Below are positions 12,149 to 23,458 of a DNA stretch of 64,000 bases, one piece after another. The first letter of the stretch is position 1. Each line of letters starts with the position of its first letter. The notes beneath the pieces are model-generated. The model searched no databases. It was not told the origin of the DNA and saw nothing but the letters and a program-made list of their open reading frames with translations. The translations under genes were made by a program, and so were the position numbers. The DNA comes from Hemiscyllium ocellatum (taxonomy: Eukaryota): the NCBI RefSeq assembly GCF_020745735.1, contig NC_083403.1:122716526-122780525 (forward strand). Direction: 5' to 3'.

Positions 12149-13569
12149 AAAAAAAGTCTATTAAAAAACGAACCATAATCTCCATCACAATCTTCCATAA
12201 TTCCTAATACATATTTGTTCCAACTGCTATGGTTTTCACAATCAAACATCCTAGCAACCTCTGTTTGGCAAGTGTAAAAGCTATTGGTTTATTTAAGAAT
12301 TACTCAACATACGTTCAACTACGATCTAAAACTGTGACTTCGATACTTGCCACACTTAAAGCCAATTAAACTATGAATTCTGAGAACAATCTCACTCCTG
12401 ACAACAATTGTTAATTTTAGAAGGTTCATGTTCACAGTTACCTAATATAAGTAGTTGATGATTAACAGAAATTTTCTGATAGTTTATTGAGAAACTGTAG
12501 TTTTGATATGGTACATTAGTTAACTAGGCAAAGAAAGGAAATATAGTACCTGTGACAAATGAGAATGCTTCATTGATCTGGGAGCTGTTCTGCAGAATGG
12601 AGGATTAGAGTCAGAGTACTCCCATGTCCCAGTGGTCCTATGCCCTTTTGAGCTGGTCTCTGGTCATCTTTGGTGGTCACAGTACCAACAAACTGTTCTT
12701 TCCTCAGGTAGTTGTAGGGGAACTCCTGGCTTGTCTCCTGGAAATGGTATGGTTCATCTCTCTGAATCTTCTTCCCCCCTCCACCCCTACTAATATACAT
12801 CACTTCGGGACTGGTGATCAATGTTATCTTGGTAATTTGACAAACCCCTTTTTGGCAATGGCCATGGGACGGCTACTCATGACATCAGATGAGCATTCTC
12901 CCATTGCCCACCTCCATTTTAAGTTTAGTTATACTTCTTTTGGGACAAAAGTCTTCTCATTTCCGGTACATTACATTGATAATGAGGTAGGATGAGACAT
13001 GACAAACTTTTGTCGTGAGTCAGAACTTTGATGATTCTTATGACCTCTTCTCTGTATCCATATACCGATCAGTTTCTGTCTTCAGAAGGCTAGTTACTTA
13101 TATGACACAGTTTGATGAGGTATCCTGGTACGCAGGATACTAAATATAGAATGCTGAATTAAGAGGATCACCCCTGCAGGGCCGTAAACATCTGTGGAGA
13201 GAAACATAGTTAACATTTCCCATCAATAACATTTGATTAGAGCAGAGATGCTATCTACCCGGCAGAGGATTTCTAGCCTCTTTTGTTTTTATTTCAGATT
13301 TTCAGCATCCATCAGTATTAGTATTATCCTTTAGAAATTAAAAAAAATTCCATTCCAACGATATCATCCCCACATTTCTCTTAGATCAAACCCCCCCACT
13401 ATCCCCAAACTCTCGGCATGATAAGCTGAGCTCAAGATGAATCTGTCTTGATATGTCAATCATTTCACTCCAGAGATACGGTGAGCCTTTGTCTCCAACA
13501 CAAACATTTCCATAGACAGAGACCAAAAATTGCACACATCGTATTCCAGGTTTGTGTGGGTGTGTGTGT

Positions 13570-14778
13570 CCTGTAGGAGTTGGCTGTTCAGTACATTGGT
13601 TTGGCCTCTTTTGGAATACTGTATTCAGTTCTGGTTTCCCTGCTATTGGAAAGATATTGTTAAACTTGAAAGACTTCAGAAAAGATTGACAAGGATGTTG
13701 ACAGGGTTGGAGGGTTTGAGCTATAGGGAGAGGTGAAATAGGCTGGTGCTATTTTCCCTGGTGGATTGGAGTGACCTTATAGAGCTTTATAAAATTATGA
13801 GTGGCATGGATTGGATGAATATCCACAATCTTTTTTCCAAGGGGAGGGGAGGACATAGGTTTAAGATGAGAGGGGAAAGTTTTAAAATGGACCTAAGGGG
13901 CAACCTTTTCACACAGAGTTGGTGTGTGTATGGAATGAGCTGCTAGAAGAGATGGTGGAGGCTGACACATTTACAGATTTTCATGAAGATATGTAGCTCT
14001 GGTCATGGATAAGGCATTTGGTTAGCTTGTCAAATTATTGGGTTATCATGCAGACTTTTCATTACCCTACTGGGTAACACCATCAGTGCGACCTCCGTGA
14101 AGCGCTGTTGTTCTGTCCCGTTTGCTTTTTATGTGGTCCGGCCTGTTGAGGTGTGTGCCACTTCTGAGTCTTCTCTGCAGTGTACACTGGGTCTATCTCT
14201 ATGTGTCAGTTGATGGTCGCTTTGGTTAAAAACCAGGCTTCCAACAACTCTCTCACATGTCTCTGGTTGGCATGTCCTAGGATAGTAACTTTGTCATTGT
14301 TGAATTGATGATCTTCTTGATCTTGTCTAGATCATGTCGTTTAGTAGCCAGTTGATATTTGTGAAGTCTGATGGCGAATCTTCTACCTGTTTGTCCCATT
14401 TAGAAATTATTGCAGTTGTTGCAAGGGATTTTGTGTTCCACATTAGTCCTGCATGCTGTGGGTATGGGGTCCTTAGTCCTGGTAAGTAGCTGGTGTAGTG
14501 TGGCTGTTGGTTGGTGTGCCACCACAATACCTCGAGGTCGTAACAATCTGGTAATTAATTCTGATATGTTCTTCAGAAAGGGTAGGGTGGCCAGTGTCTT
14601 GGTAGGTACAGCTTCTTATTGCCGTTGTCTGTTGGACAAGCATTGGCAGATGAAGCTGTTGGGTATTTGTCATTAGCAAATGCTAGCAAATAGGATTAGA
14701 TTTATTTTGGATATCTGGTCAACACAGACAAGTTGGACTGAAGGGTCTGTTTCTGTGCTGTACATCTCTATGATTCTA
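13570..14778 (+). mobile_element. CR1 LINE 3' fragment interrupted by a PLE at about 13980-14680
   Basis: LVWPLLEYCIQFWFP..KLERLQKRLTRML; CR1 3' UTR resumes at about 14690 (gaagggtctgtttctgtgctgtacatctctatgattct). Confidence 0.8.
13980..14680 (-). mobile_element. Decayed Penelope/Poseidon-type PLE (second lineage), GIY-YIG region and terminus
   Basis: Manual - strand translation gives HKIPCNNCNNF*MGQTGRRFAIRLH and HQFNNDKVTILGHANQRHVRELLEAWF; hammerhead-like motif at 14050-14089. Confidence 0.75.
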
Positions 14779-14808
14779 CATGTGTGCGTTGGTCTGGTTC
14801 CACCAAAA

Positions 14809-15014
14809 ATCTTCGAGGACAAAGTGAGGACTGCAGATGCTGGAGATCAGAGCTGAAAATGTGTTGCTCGAAAAGCGCAGCAGGTCAGGCAGCATCCAAG
14901 GAACAGGAGAATCAACGTTCCTGAAGAAGGGCTTATGCCGGAAATGTCGATTCTCCTGTTCCTTGGATGCTGCCTGACCTGCTGCGCTTTTCCAGCAACA
15001 CATTTTCAGCTCTG
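14809..15014. mobile_element. Fold-back PLE-terminus element (family A)
   Basis: Inverted arms cagagctgaaaatgtgttgct... / ...agcaacacattttcagctctg; 16-bp direct repeat tctggttccaccaaaa at 14793-14808 and 15011-15026. Confidence 0.85.
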
Positions 15015-15040
15015 GTTCCACCAAAAGCCCAGTGTGACTT

Positions 15041-15194
15041 AGAATCATAGAATCCCGACAATGTGAAAACAGACCATTTGCCTCAGCAAGTCCACACCGA
15101 CTCTCTGAAGAATACCTCACCCAGAGTCATTCTCCTATTATTCTACATTTACCCCTGAATAATGCACCTAACCTACACATCCCTGAACATTGTG
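15041..15194 (-). mobile_element. V-SINE 3' part, split by two PLE insertions; continues at about 18343-18375
   Basis: Compared with the 58195-58509 copy (cacctaacctacacatccctgaac...gggcagtttagc..gccaattcacctaa), the SINE sequence resumes after each insertion. Confidence 0.75.
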
Positions 15195-15322
15195 AAAATC
15201 ACACAATACCAGATTATAGTCCAACAGGTTCTGTATCCAGTTAAACCTGTTGGACTATAACCTGGTGTTGTGTGATTTTTAACTTTGTGCACCCCAGTCC
15301 AACACTGGCATCTCCAAATCCA
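15195..15322. mobile_element. Fold-back PLE-terminus element (family B)
   Basis: aaaatcacacaataccagattatagtccaacaggtt / aacctgttggactataacctggtgttgtgtgatttt inverted arms; TSD gaacattgtg at 15185-15194 and 15323-15332. Confidence 0.85.
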
Positions 15323-15345
15323 GAACATTGTGGGCAATTTAGAAC

Positions 15346-16819
15346 TGAAAATGTGTTGCTGGTTAAAGCTCAGCAGGTCAGGCAGCATCCAAGGAACAGG
15401 AAATTCGATGTTTCGGGCCAGAGCCCTTCATCAGGAATGAGGAGAGGGTGCCAGGCAGGCTAAGATAAAAGGTAGGGAGGAGGGACTTGGGGGAGGGGTG
15501 ATGGAGATGTGATAGGTGGAAGGAGGTCAAGGTGAGGGTGATAGGCCGGAGTGGAGTGGGGGCGGAGAGGTCAGGAAGAGGATTGCAGGTTAGGAGGGCG
15601 GTGCTGAGTTCAAGAGAATCGACTGAGACAAGGTGGGGGGAGGGGAAATGAGGAAACTGGAGAAATCTGAGTTCATCCCTTGTGGTTGGAGGGTTTCCAG
15701 GCGGAAGATGAGGCGCTCTTCCTCCAACCGTCGTGTTGTTATGTTCTGGCGATGGAGGAATCCAAGGACCTGCATGTCCTCGGTGGAGTGGGAGGGAGAG
15801 TTAAAGTGTTGAGCCACGGGGTGGTTGGGTTGGTTGGTCTGGGCGTCCCAGAGGTGTTCCCTGAAGCGTTCTGCAAGTAGGCGGCCCGTCTCCCCAATAT
15901 AGAGGAGGCCACATCGGGTGCAGCAGATGCAATAGATGATGTGTGTGGAGGTGCAGGTGAATTTGTGGCAGATATGGAAGGATCCCTTGGGGCCTTGGAG
16001 AGAAGTAAGGGAGGAGGTGTGGGCGCAAGTTTTGCATTTCCTGCGGTTGCAGGGGAAGGTGCCGGGAGTGGAGGTTGGGTTGGTGGGGGATGTGGACCTG
16101 ACGAGGGAGTCACGAAGGGAGTGGTCTTTGCGGAACGCTGATAGGGGAAGGGAGGGAAATATATCCCTGGTGGTGGGGTCCGTTTGGAGTTGGCGGAAAT
16201 GACGGCGGATGATACGCTGTATACGGAGGTTGGTGGGGTGGTAGGTGAGAACCAGTGGGGTTCTGTCTTGGTGGCGGTTGGAGGGGCGGGGCTCAAGGGC
16301 GGATGAGCGGGAAGTGGAGGAGATGCGGTGGAGGACATCGTCGATCACGTCTGGGGGGAATCTGCGGTCCTTGAAGAAGGAGGCCATCTGGGCTGTACGG
16401 TATTGGAATTGGTCCTCCTGGGAGCAGATGCGGCGGAGAAGAAGGAATTGGGAATATGGGATGGAGTTTTTACAGGGGGCAGGGTGGGAGGAGGTGTAGT
16501 CCAGGTAGCTGTGGGAGTCAGTCGGTTTATAGTAGATGTCTGTGTTGAGTCGGTCGCCCGAGATAGAAATGGAAAGGTCTAGGAAGGGGAGGGAGGAGTC
16601 TGAGACAGTCCAGGTGAATTTGAGGTGGGGATGGAAGGTGTTGGTAAAGTTGATGAACTGTTCAACCTCCTCGTGGGAGCACGAAGCAGCGCCGATACAG
16701 TCATCAATGTAGCAGAGGAAAAGGTGGGGGGTGGTGCCAGTGTAGTTGCGGAAGATGGACTGTTCCACATATCCTACAAAGAGACAGGCATAGCTGGGGC
16801 CCATGCGGGTGCCCATGGC
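15346..16819 (-). mobile_element. Penelope-like element (Neptune-type), 5'-truncated; left arm of a 3-kb palindrome
   Basis: 412-aa ORF 15590-16828 with RT motifs (GTRMGPSYACL, YIDD), Cys-rich linker (CNRRKCKTC) and GIY-YIG (IIYCI..YIGETGR..RFREH). Confidence 0.95.
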
Positions 16820-16845
16820 AATCCACATATCCTACAAAGAGACTT

Positions 16846-18342
16846 TGGGCCCCAGCTATGCCTGTCTCTTTGTAGGATATGTGGAACAGTCCATCTTCCG
16901 CAACTACACTGGCACCACCCCCCACCTTTTCCTCTGCTACATTGATGACTGTATCGGCGCTGCCTCGTGCTCCCACGAGGAGGTTGAACAGTTCATCAAC
17001 TTTACCAACACCTTCCATCCCGACCTCAAATTCACCTGGACTGTCTCAGACTCCTCCCTCCCCTTCCTAGACCGTTCCATTTCTATCTCGGGCGACCGAT
17101 TCAACACAGACATCTACTATAAACCGACTGACTCCCACAGCTACCTGGACTATGCCTCCTCCCACCCTGTCCCCTGTAAAAACTCCATCCCATATTCCTA
17201 ATTCCTTCGTCTCCGCCGCATCTGCTCCCAGGAGGACCAGTTCCAATACCGTACAGCCCAGATGGCCTCCTTCTTCAAGGGCCGCAGATTCCCCCCAGAC
17301 GTGATTGACGATGCCCTCCACTGCATCTCCTCCACTTCCCGCTCCTCCGCCCTTGAGCCCCGCCCCTCCAACCGCCACCAAGTCAGAACCCCACTGGTTC
17401 TCACCTACCACCCCACCAACCTCCGTATACAGCGTATCATCCGCCGTCATTTCCGCCAACTCCAAACGGACCCCACCACCAGGGATATATTTCCCTCCCC
17501 TCCCCTATCAGCATTCAGCAAAGACCACTCCCATTGTGACTCCCTCGTCAGGTCCACACCCCCCACCAACCCAACCTCCACTCCCGGCACCTTCCCCTGC
17601 AACGGCAGGAAATGCAAAACTTGCGCCCACACCTCTTCCCTTACTTCTCTCCAAGGCCCCAAGGGATCCTTCCATATCCGCCACAAATTCACCTGCACCT
17701 CCACACACATCATCTGTTGCATCCGCTGCACCCGATGTGGACTCCTTTATATTGGGGAGACGGGCCGCCTACTTGCAGAATGCTTCAGGGAACACCTCTG
17801 GGACGCCCGGACCAACCAACCCAAGCACCACGTGGCTCAACACTTTAACTCTCCCTCCCACTCCACCGAAGACATGCAGGTCCTTGGACTCCTCCATCGC
17901 CAGAACATAACAACACGACGGTTGGAGGAAGACTGCCTCATCTTCCACCTGGGAACCCTCCAACCACAAGGGATGAACTCAGATTTCTCCAGTTTCCTCA
18001 TTTCCCCTCCCCCCACCTTGTCTCAGTCGATTCCCTTGAACTCAGCACTGCCCTCCTAACCTGCAATCCTCTTCCTGACCTCTCCGCCCCCACCCCACTC
18101 CGGCCTATCACCCTCACCTTGACCTCCTTCCACCTATCACTTCTCCATCGCCCCTCCCCCAAGTCCCTCCTCCCTACCTTTTATCTTAGCCTGCCTGGCA
18201 TCCTCTCCTCATTCCTGAAGAAGGGCTCTGACCCGAAACGTCGAATTTCCTGCTCCTTGGATGCTGCCTGACCTGCTGTGCTTTAACCAGCAACACATTT
18301 TCAGCTCTGATCTCCAGCATCTGCAGACCTCACTTTTTACTC
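16846..18342 (+). mobile_element. Penelope-like element (Neptune-type), 5'-truncated; right arm of the 3-kb palindrome
   Basis: ORFs 16803-17201 and 17262-18059 mirror the left arm, with an in-frame stop at 17199; the pair is flanked by TSD ggcaatttagaac (15333-15345 and 18343-18355). Confidence 0.95.
18211..18246 (+). ncRNA. Minimal type I hammerhead ribozyme motif in the PLE terminal repeat
   Basis: attc-CTGAAGA-a-ggg ctctga ccc-GAAAC-GTC-gaat with a 4-bp stem I. Confidence 0.75.
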
Positions 18343-18399
18343 GGCAATTTAGAACGGCCAATTGAACCTAACCACCTGACCTGTTTAGTGAGTAGATTA

Positions 18400-18675
18400 G
18401 GTAAAAACAATGACTGCAGATGCTGGAAACCAAATCCTGGATTGGAGTGGTGCTGGAAAAGCACAGCAGTTCAGGCAGCATCTGAGGAGCAGGAAAATCG
18501 ATGTTTCGGGTAAAAGTCCTTCATCAGGAATAGAGGCAGAGACCTGCAGGGTGAAGAGATAAATGTCCTGCAGGGACTCTGGCTCTACTCCTGATGAAGG
18601 GCTTTTGCCGGAAACGTCGATTTTCCTGCTCCTCGGATGCTGCCTGAACTGCTGTGCTTTTCCAGCCCCACTCTA
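18400..18675. mobile_element. Fold-back PLE-terminus element (family A variant) about 200 bp upstream of the RPS7 start
   Basis: About 105-bp inverted arms (gagtggtgctggaaaagc...cctgcagg / cctgcagg...gcttttccagccccactc) with hammerhead motifs at about 18497-18531(-) and 18588-18622(+). Confidence 0.8.
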
Positions 18676-18755
18676 ATAGTTTGGACAGTAATAAGATTGT
18701 ATTTCTTCTCCTGCATGCTGTGGATGAAATGATGCAAGGAGACAGACCTGGTACC

Positions 18756-18885
18756 CAGTTACCATGGTAACTGTGTTACACATGCATGGAGTTCCATCAT
18801 TCCTCACTCCGGCGGAGGGGGCGGGGCCTCCCGCTGCAGAAAAACTCTCGCGAGGTTTCATGCCTCCTCCCTCTCTCTTTCTCGG
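18756..18885 (+). promoter_or_regulatory. RPS7 core promoter: RFX X-box, GC box, TCTCGCGAG motif, polypyrimidine TCT initiator
   Basis: GTTACCATGGTAAC 18758-18771; GGGGGCGGGGC 18817-18827; TCTCGCGAG 18846-18854; pyrimidine tract 18863-18883 typical of ribosomal-protein 5'TOP starts. Confidence 0.8.
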
Positions 18886-18904
18886 CCGCTCTTCTCCCAG
18901 GTCG
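18875..18904 (+). other. RPS7: RPS7 non-coding exon 1 (5'TOP); exact start and donor uncertain
   Basis: Pyrimidine initiator followed by candidate donors cag|gtcggt (18900) or tcg|gtgagg (18904), then a CpG island. Confidence 0.6.
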
Positions 18905-19162
18905 GTGAGGGCGCCTTCGCGCTCCCCGGTGTTTACCTCTAATAACTCCGCCGATCCGCTCGATACGGGCGGCCGAGCGGTGGGGAACGGCTGGCAGGGC
19001 TGAGATGGATCAGATGCGAGTGTTCGTGCGGGCGGATGGCGGGGATCTGAGGTGGTGGTGGTGAGGGGGTTTAATGACACACCGGCCCAGGGAAACGAGA
19101 GAGGAAGATGGAGGCTGACGGCAGGACTGAGGCTGCGCGGCTCGGGCGGTGGAACACGCGCC

Positions 19163-19345
19163 GCGCGATTCCCGGGCCCACGTTCCATTCTTGCCCACGG
19201 TGGGGTAGAGCAGCTGTTTGCAGGGAGGGCGTGCGCGCGTGGGGTCCCCACTGCCCGGGCTCACGTTCCATCCTGCCCGCGGGGTGCAGTTGCGCCCCAG
19301 CTGCAGGGCCGGGCGCGCGATCCCCGGGCCCGCGTTCCATCCTGC
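19163..19345 (+). repeat. Three imperfect GC-rich direct repeats in RPS7 intron 1
   Basis: Core cccgggcYcRcgttccat at about 19171, 19254 and 19323. Confidence 0.7.
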
Positions 19346-19394
19346 AGCCCTTCCACTCACTGCTCCCAGACCCTTGCGCTTGATCTCCACATAA

Positions 19395-19721
<327 letters not shown>

Positions 19722-19839
19722 TAACGTGAAATTAACATTTGAATTGCTTAACTCTAGACAAGCATTCAGTCACATGCAGTGCAAGTGAGAGTTCACAACT
19801 TAAACCTGTACGGTTGTCGTTTGCCCCATAGTCACAGGT

Positions 19840-22800
19840 GAGGTGGCTGATGTGGTGCTACTATTTAAGGTGGTAAGGAAAAGCCAGGGAGTCATAGACT
19901 AGTGAGCCTGATGTCGGTGGTGGGCGTGTTGTTGGAGGTAATCCTGAGAGACAGTGTTTACATGGATTTAGAAAGGCCAGGACTGATGAGGGACACTCAG
20001 CATGGCTTTGCGTGTGGGGAGTCATGTCTCAAACATGATTGAGTTTTTTGAAGACGTGACAAAGGAGTCTTGATGACAGCAGAGCAGTAGATGTGATATG
20101 GATTTCAGTAAGGCATTCGGCAAAGTTCCTCACAGGACCCTGGTTAGCAAGGTTAGATCCTATGGAATATAAGGAGAACTAGCTATTTGGATACAGAACT
20201 GGCTCGAAGGTGGAAGACATTGGATAGTGGTGCAGGGTTGCTTTTCAGATTGGAGGCCTGTGAGAAAGTGAGGACTGCACATGCTGGAGTACCAGAGTTG
20301 AAAAATGTGGTGCTGGAAAAACACAGCAGGCCAGGCAGCATCCGAGGGGCAGGAGAATCGACGTTTCGGGCATAAGCCCTTCTTCAGGAATGAGGCTGGT
20401 GTGCCAAGCGAGCTGAGATAAAAGATAGGGGGGAGGGGCGCTGGGAATACGATAATTGGAAGGAGGTGAGGGTGATAGGCTGGAGAGGGGATGGGGCGGA
20501 GAGGTAGGTCAGGAGGGCGGTGCTGAATCCGATGGTTGGGACTGAGATAAGGTGGGGGGAGAGGAAATCAGGAAGCTGGAGAAATCTACATTCATCCCAT
20601 GTGGTTGGAGGGTTCCTAGGCGGAAGATGAGGTGCTCTTCCTCCAAGGTTCGTGTGGCCAGGGTCTGGCAATGGAGGAGGCCAAGGACCTGCATGTTATT
20701 GGTGGAGTGGGAGGGGGAGTTAAAGTGTTCAGCCACAGGGCGGTTGGGTTGGTTGGTGGCGATTGGAGGGGCGGGGTTCAAGGGCGGAGGTGTGGGAAGT
20801 GGAGGAGATGTGGTGCAGAGCATCGACCATGTCGGAAGGGAAATTGCGGTCTTTGAAGAAGGAGGTCATTTGCGTTGTTCGGTAGTAATCATTTGAGTCG
20901 GTCGGTTTGTAGTAAATATACTACAAGCCGACTGACTTCCACAGCTACCTAGATTACACCTCCTGTCCCCTGTAAAAACGCCATCCGGTATTCCCAATTC
21001 CTCTGTATCTGCTCCCAGGAGGACCAGTTCCACTACCGAGCAACCCAAATGGCCTCCTTCAGAGACTACAATTTCCCCTCCGATGTGGTCGATGACGCTC
21101 TCCACCGCATCTCCTCCACCTCTGCCCTTGAACCCCACCCCTCCAATCGCCACCAGGGCAGAACCCCACTGGTCCTCACCTTCCATTCCAGCAACCTCCG
21201 GATACATCGTATCATCCTTTGTCATTTCCGCCACCTCCACACAGACCCCACCACCAGGGATATATTTCTGTCCCCACCCCTATCGGCATTCAGGAGAGAC
21301 CACTCCCTCCGCGACTCCCTCGTCGGGTCCACACCCCCCCACCAATCCAACCTCCGCTCCCATCACCTTCCCCTGCAACCGCAAGAAGTGCAAAACTTGC
21401 GCCCTCACCTCCCTCTAAGGCCCCAACGGAGCCTTCTATATCCGTCGCAAATTCACCTGGTCCTCCACACACATCATTTACTGTATCCGCTGCACCCGAT
21501 GTGGTCTCCTCTACATTGGGGAGAGGGGCCGCCTACTTGCGGAACGTTTCAGTGAACACCTCTGAGACACCCGCACCAACCAACCCAACCGCCCCGTGGC
21601 TGAACACTTGTAACTCCCCCTCCCACTCCGCCAATGACATGCAGGTCCTTGGCCTCCTCCATCGCCAGACCCTGGCCATACGACGTCTGGAGGAAGAGCG
21701 CCTCATCTTCCGCCTAGAAACCCTCCAACCACACGGGATGAATGTAGATTTCTCCAGCTTCCTGATTTCCCCCTCCCCCACCTTATCTCAGTCCCAACCC
21801 TCGGATTCAGCACCGCCCCCTTGACCTGCAATCATCTTCCCGACCTCTCCGGCCGATCACCCTCCCCTCACCTCCTTCCACTATCGTATTCCCAGCCCCC
21901 CCCCCCCCCCCCCCCCCCAACCTTTTATCTCAGCCCGCTTGGCACACCACCCTCATCCCTGAAGAAGGGCTTATGCCCGAAACGTCGGTCCTCCTGCTCC
22001 TCGGATGCTGCCTGGCCTGCTGTGTTTTTCCAGCACCACATTTTTCACCTGTGGAGGCCTATGTGCCACAAGGATCAATGCTGTGTCCACTGCTTTTCAT
22101 TTATATAAACAATTATTTGGATATGGAACATAGGAGGTAAAGTTAGTATGTTTGCTGGTGACACCAAAATTGGAGGTATTGTGGACAGCAAAGGTTACCC
22201 CAAATCAGAGCAGGACTTGTACACTTAATGGCAAGGTCCTCGGGAGTGTTGCTGAACAAAGACCTTGGAATGCAGGTTCATACTTCGGTGAAAATAGAGT
22301 CACAGGTAGATTGGATAGTGAAGAAGGCATTTTGTATGCTTTCCGTTATTGGACAGAGTATTGAGTGCAGGAGTTGGGAGGTCATGTTGCAGCTGTACAG
22401 GACATTAGCTAGGCCAGTTTTGGATATTGTGTGCAGTTCTGGTCTCCTTCCTATCGGATATTGTGAAACGTGAAAGGGTTCAGAAAAGATTTACAAGGAT
22501 GTTGCCAGGGTTGGAGGATTTGAGCTGTAGAGAGATGCTGAATAGGCTGGCACTGTTTTCCCAGAACATCAGAGGCTGAGGGGTGACCTTATAGAGGTTT
22601 ATAATCCATGAGGGGAATGGATAGGCTAAGTAGACAAGGTCTTTTTCCTGGGGTGGGGGAGTCAAGAACAAGAGGGCATAGGTTTAGGGTGAGGGGGAAA
22701 GATGAAAGGGACCTCCGAGGCAACTTTTTCACGCAGAGGGTTGTGCATGTATGGAAAGAGCTGCCAGAGGAAGTGGTGGAGGCTGGTACAATTGCAACAT

Positions 22801-22960
22801 TTAAAAGACATCTGGATGGTTATGTGAATAGGAAAGGTTTGGAGGGATATGGGCCATGTGCTGACCAATGGGACTGGATGAGGTTAGGATATCTGGTTGG
22901 CATGGATGAGTTGGGCCTAAGGATCTGTTTCTCTGCTGTATATCTGATTATCTCCATGAA
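19840..22960 (+). mobile_element. CR1 LINE fragment in RPS7 intron 2, split by a PLE
   Basis: RT-region sequence (cagcatggcttt, gatttcagtaaggcattc) before 20260; LQLYRTLARP and TRGHRFRVRG..FFTQRVV after 22050; CR1 3' UTR near 22960. Confidence 0.85.
20262..22050. mobile_element. Inverted-repeat Penelope-like element: internally deleted - arm (about 20262-20885) and + arm (about 20918-22050)
   Basis: PLE peptides in both orientations; terminal repeats with hammerheads at about 20356-20391(-) and 21955-21990(+); TSD tggaggcct at 20251-20259 and 22052-22060. Confidence 0.9.
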
Positions 22961-23362
22961 CTAGTTTAGGTCCTTTCATCCACTCAAACCTTCAAACGTA
23001 CATTGAATCTGTTGTAATAATTTGTTTCTCTCCTGCTATCCTAGCAGAGATTTCCAGATCATTATGACTCCTGTAAGAATTTTGTAGCATCCTTCCTGTA
23101 TATTGTGCTCAAAATGTTAAATGCGTCTTCCCCCAAGTGCTATCAGCAGTTGGGTGTTGTTTTTCTTGATATGTAAACCTGTCCATCTTGCACAGTTCTG
23201 TTAAATCTTTTTCTGTTCTCTTTGCTCCAAGTCACCTGATTGGCTACCTTTTGGTCTGCAAGGCGCTGTATAGTTAAAGAAAATGTCTTTCAGAACTTGA
23301 CAGTCAATACCGTTTAATTAACTGCACAAGATTTTTTAATGGTGTCTCACCTTCCACTGTAG

Positions 23363-23458
<96 letters not shown>

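Noticed and set aside
15680-17969. Many overlapping Pro/Ser/Thr-rich or Gly/Val-rich ORFs (also at 21-22, 59-60 and 62-63 kb) as novel genes
   Set aside because: Alternative and antisense frames of the C-rich PLE coding strand; they recur in every copy
6666-18355. Functional link between RNase H1 and neighbouring RNase-H-less Penelope elements
   Set aside because: PLE copies are equally dense around COLEC11 and the gene order is ancestral, so proximity looks coincidental
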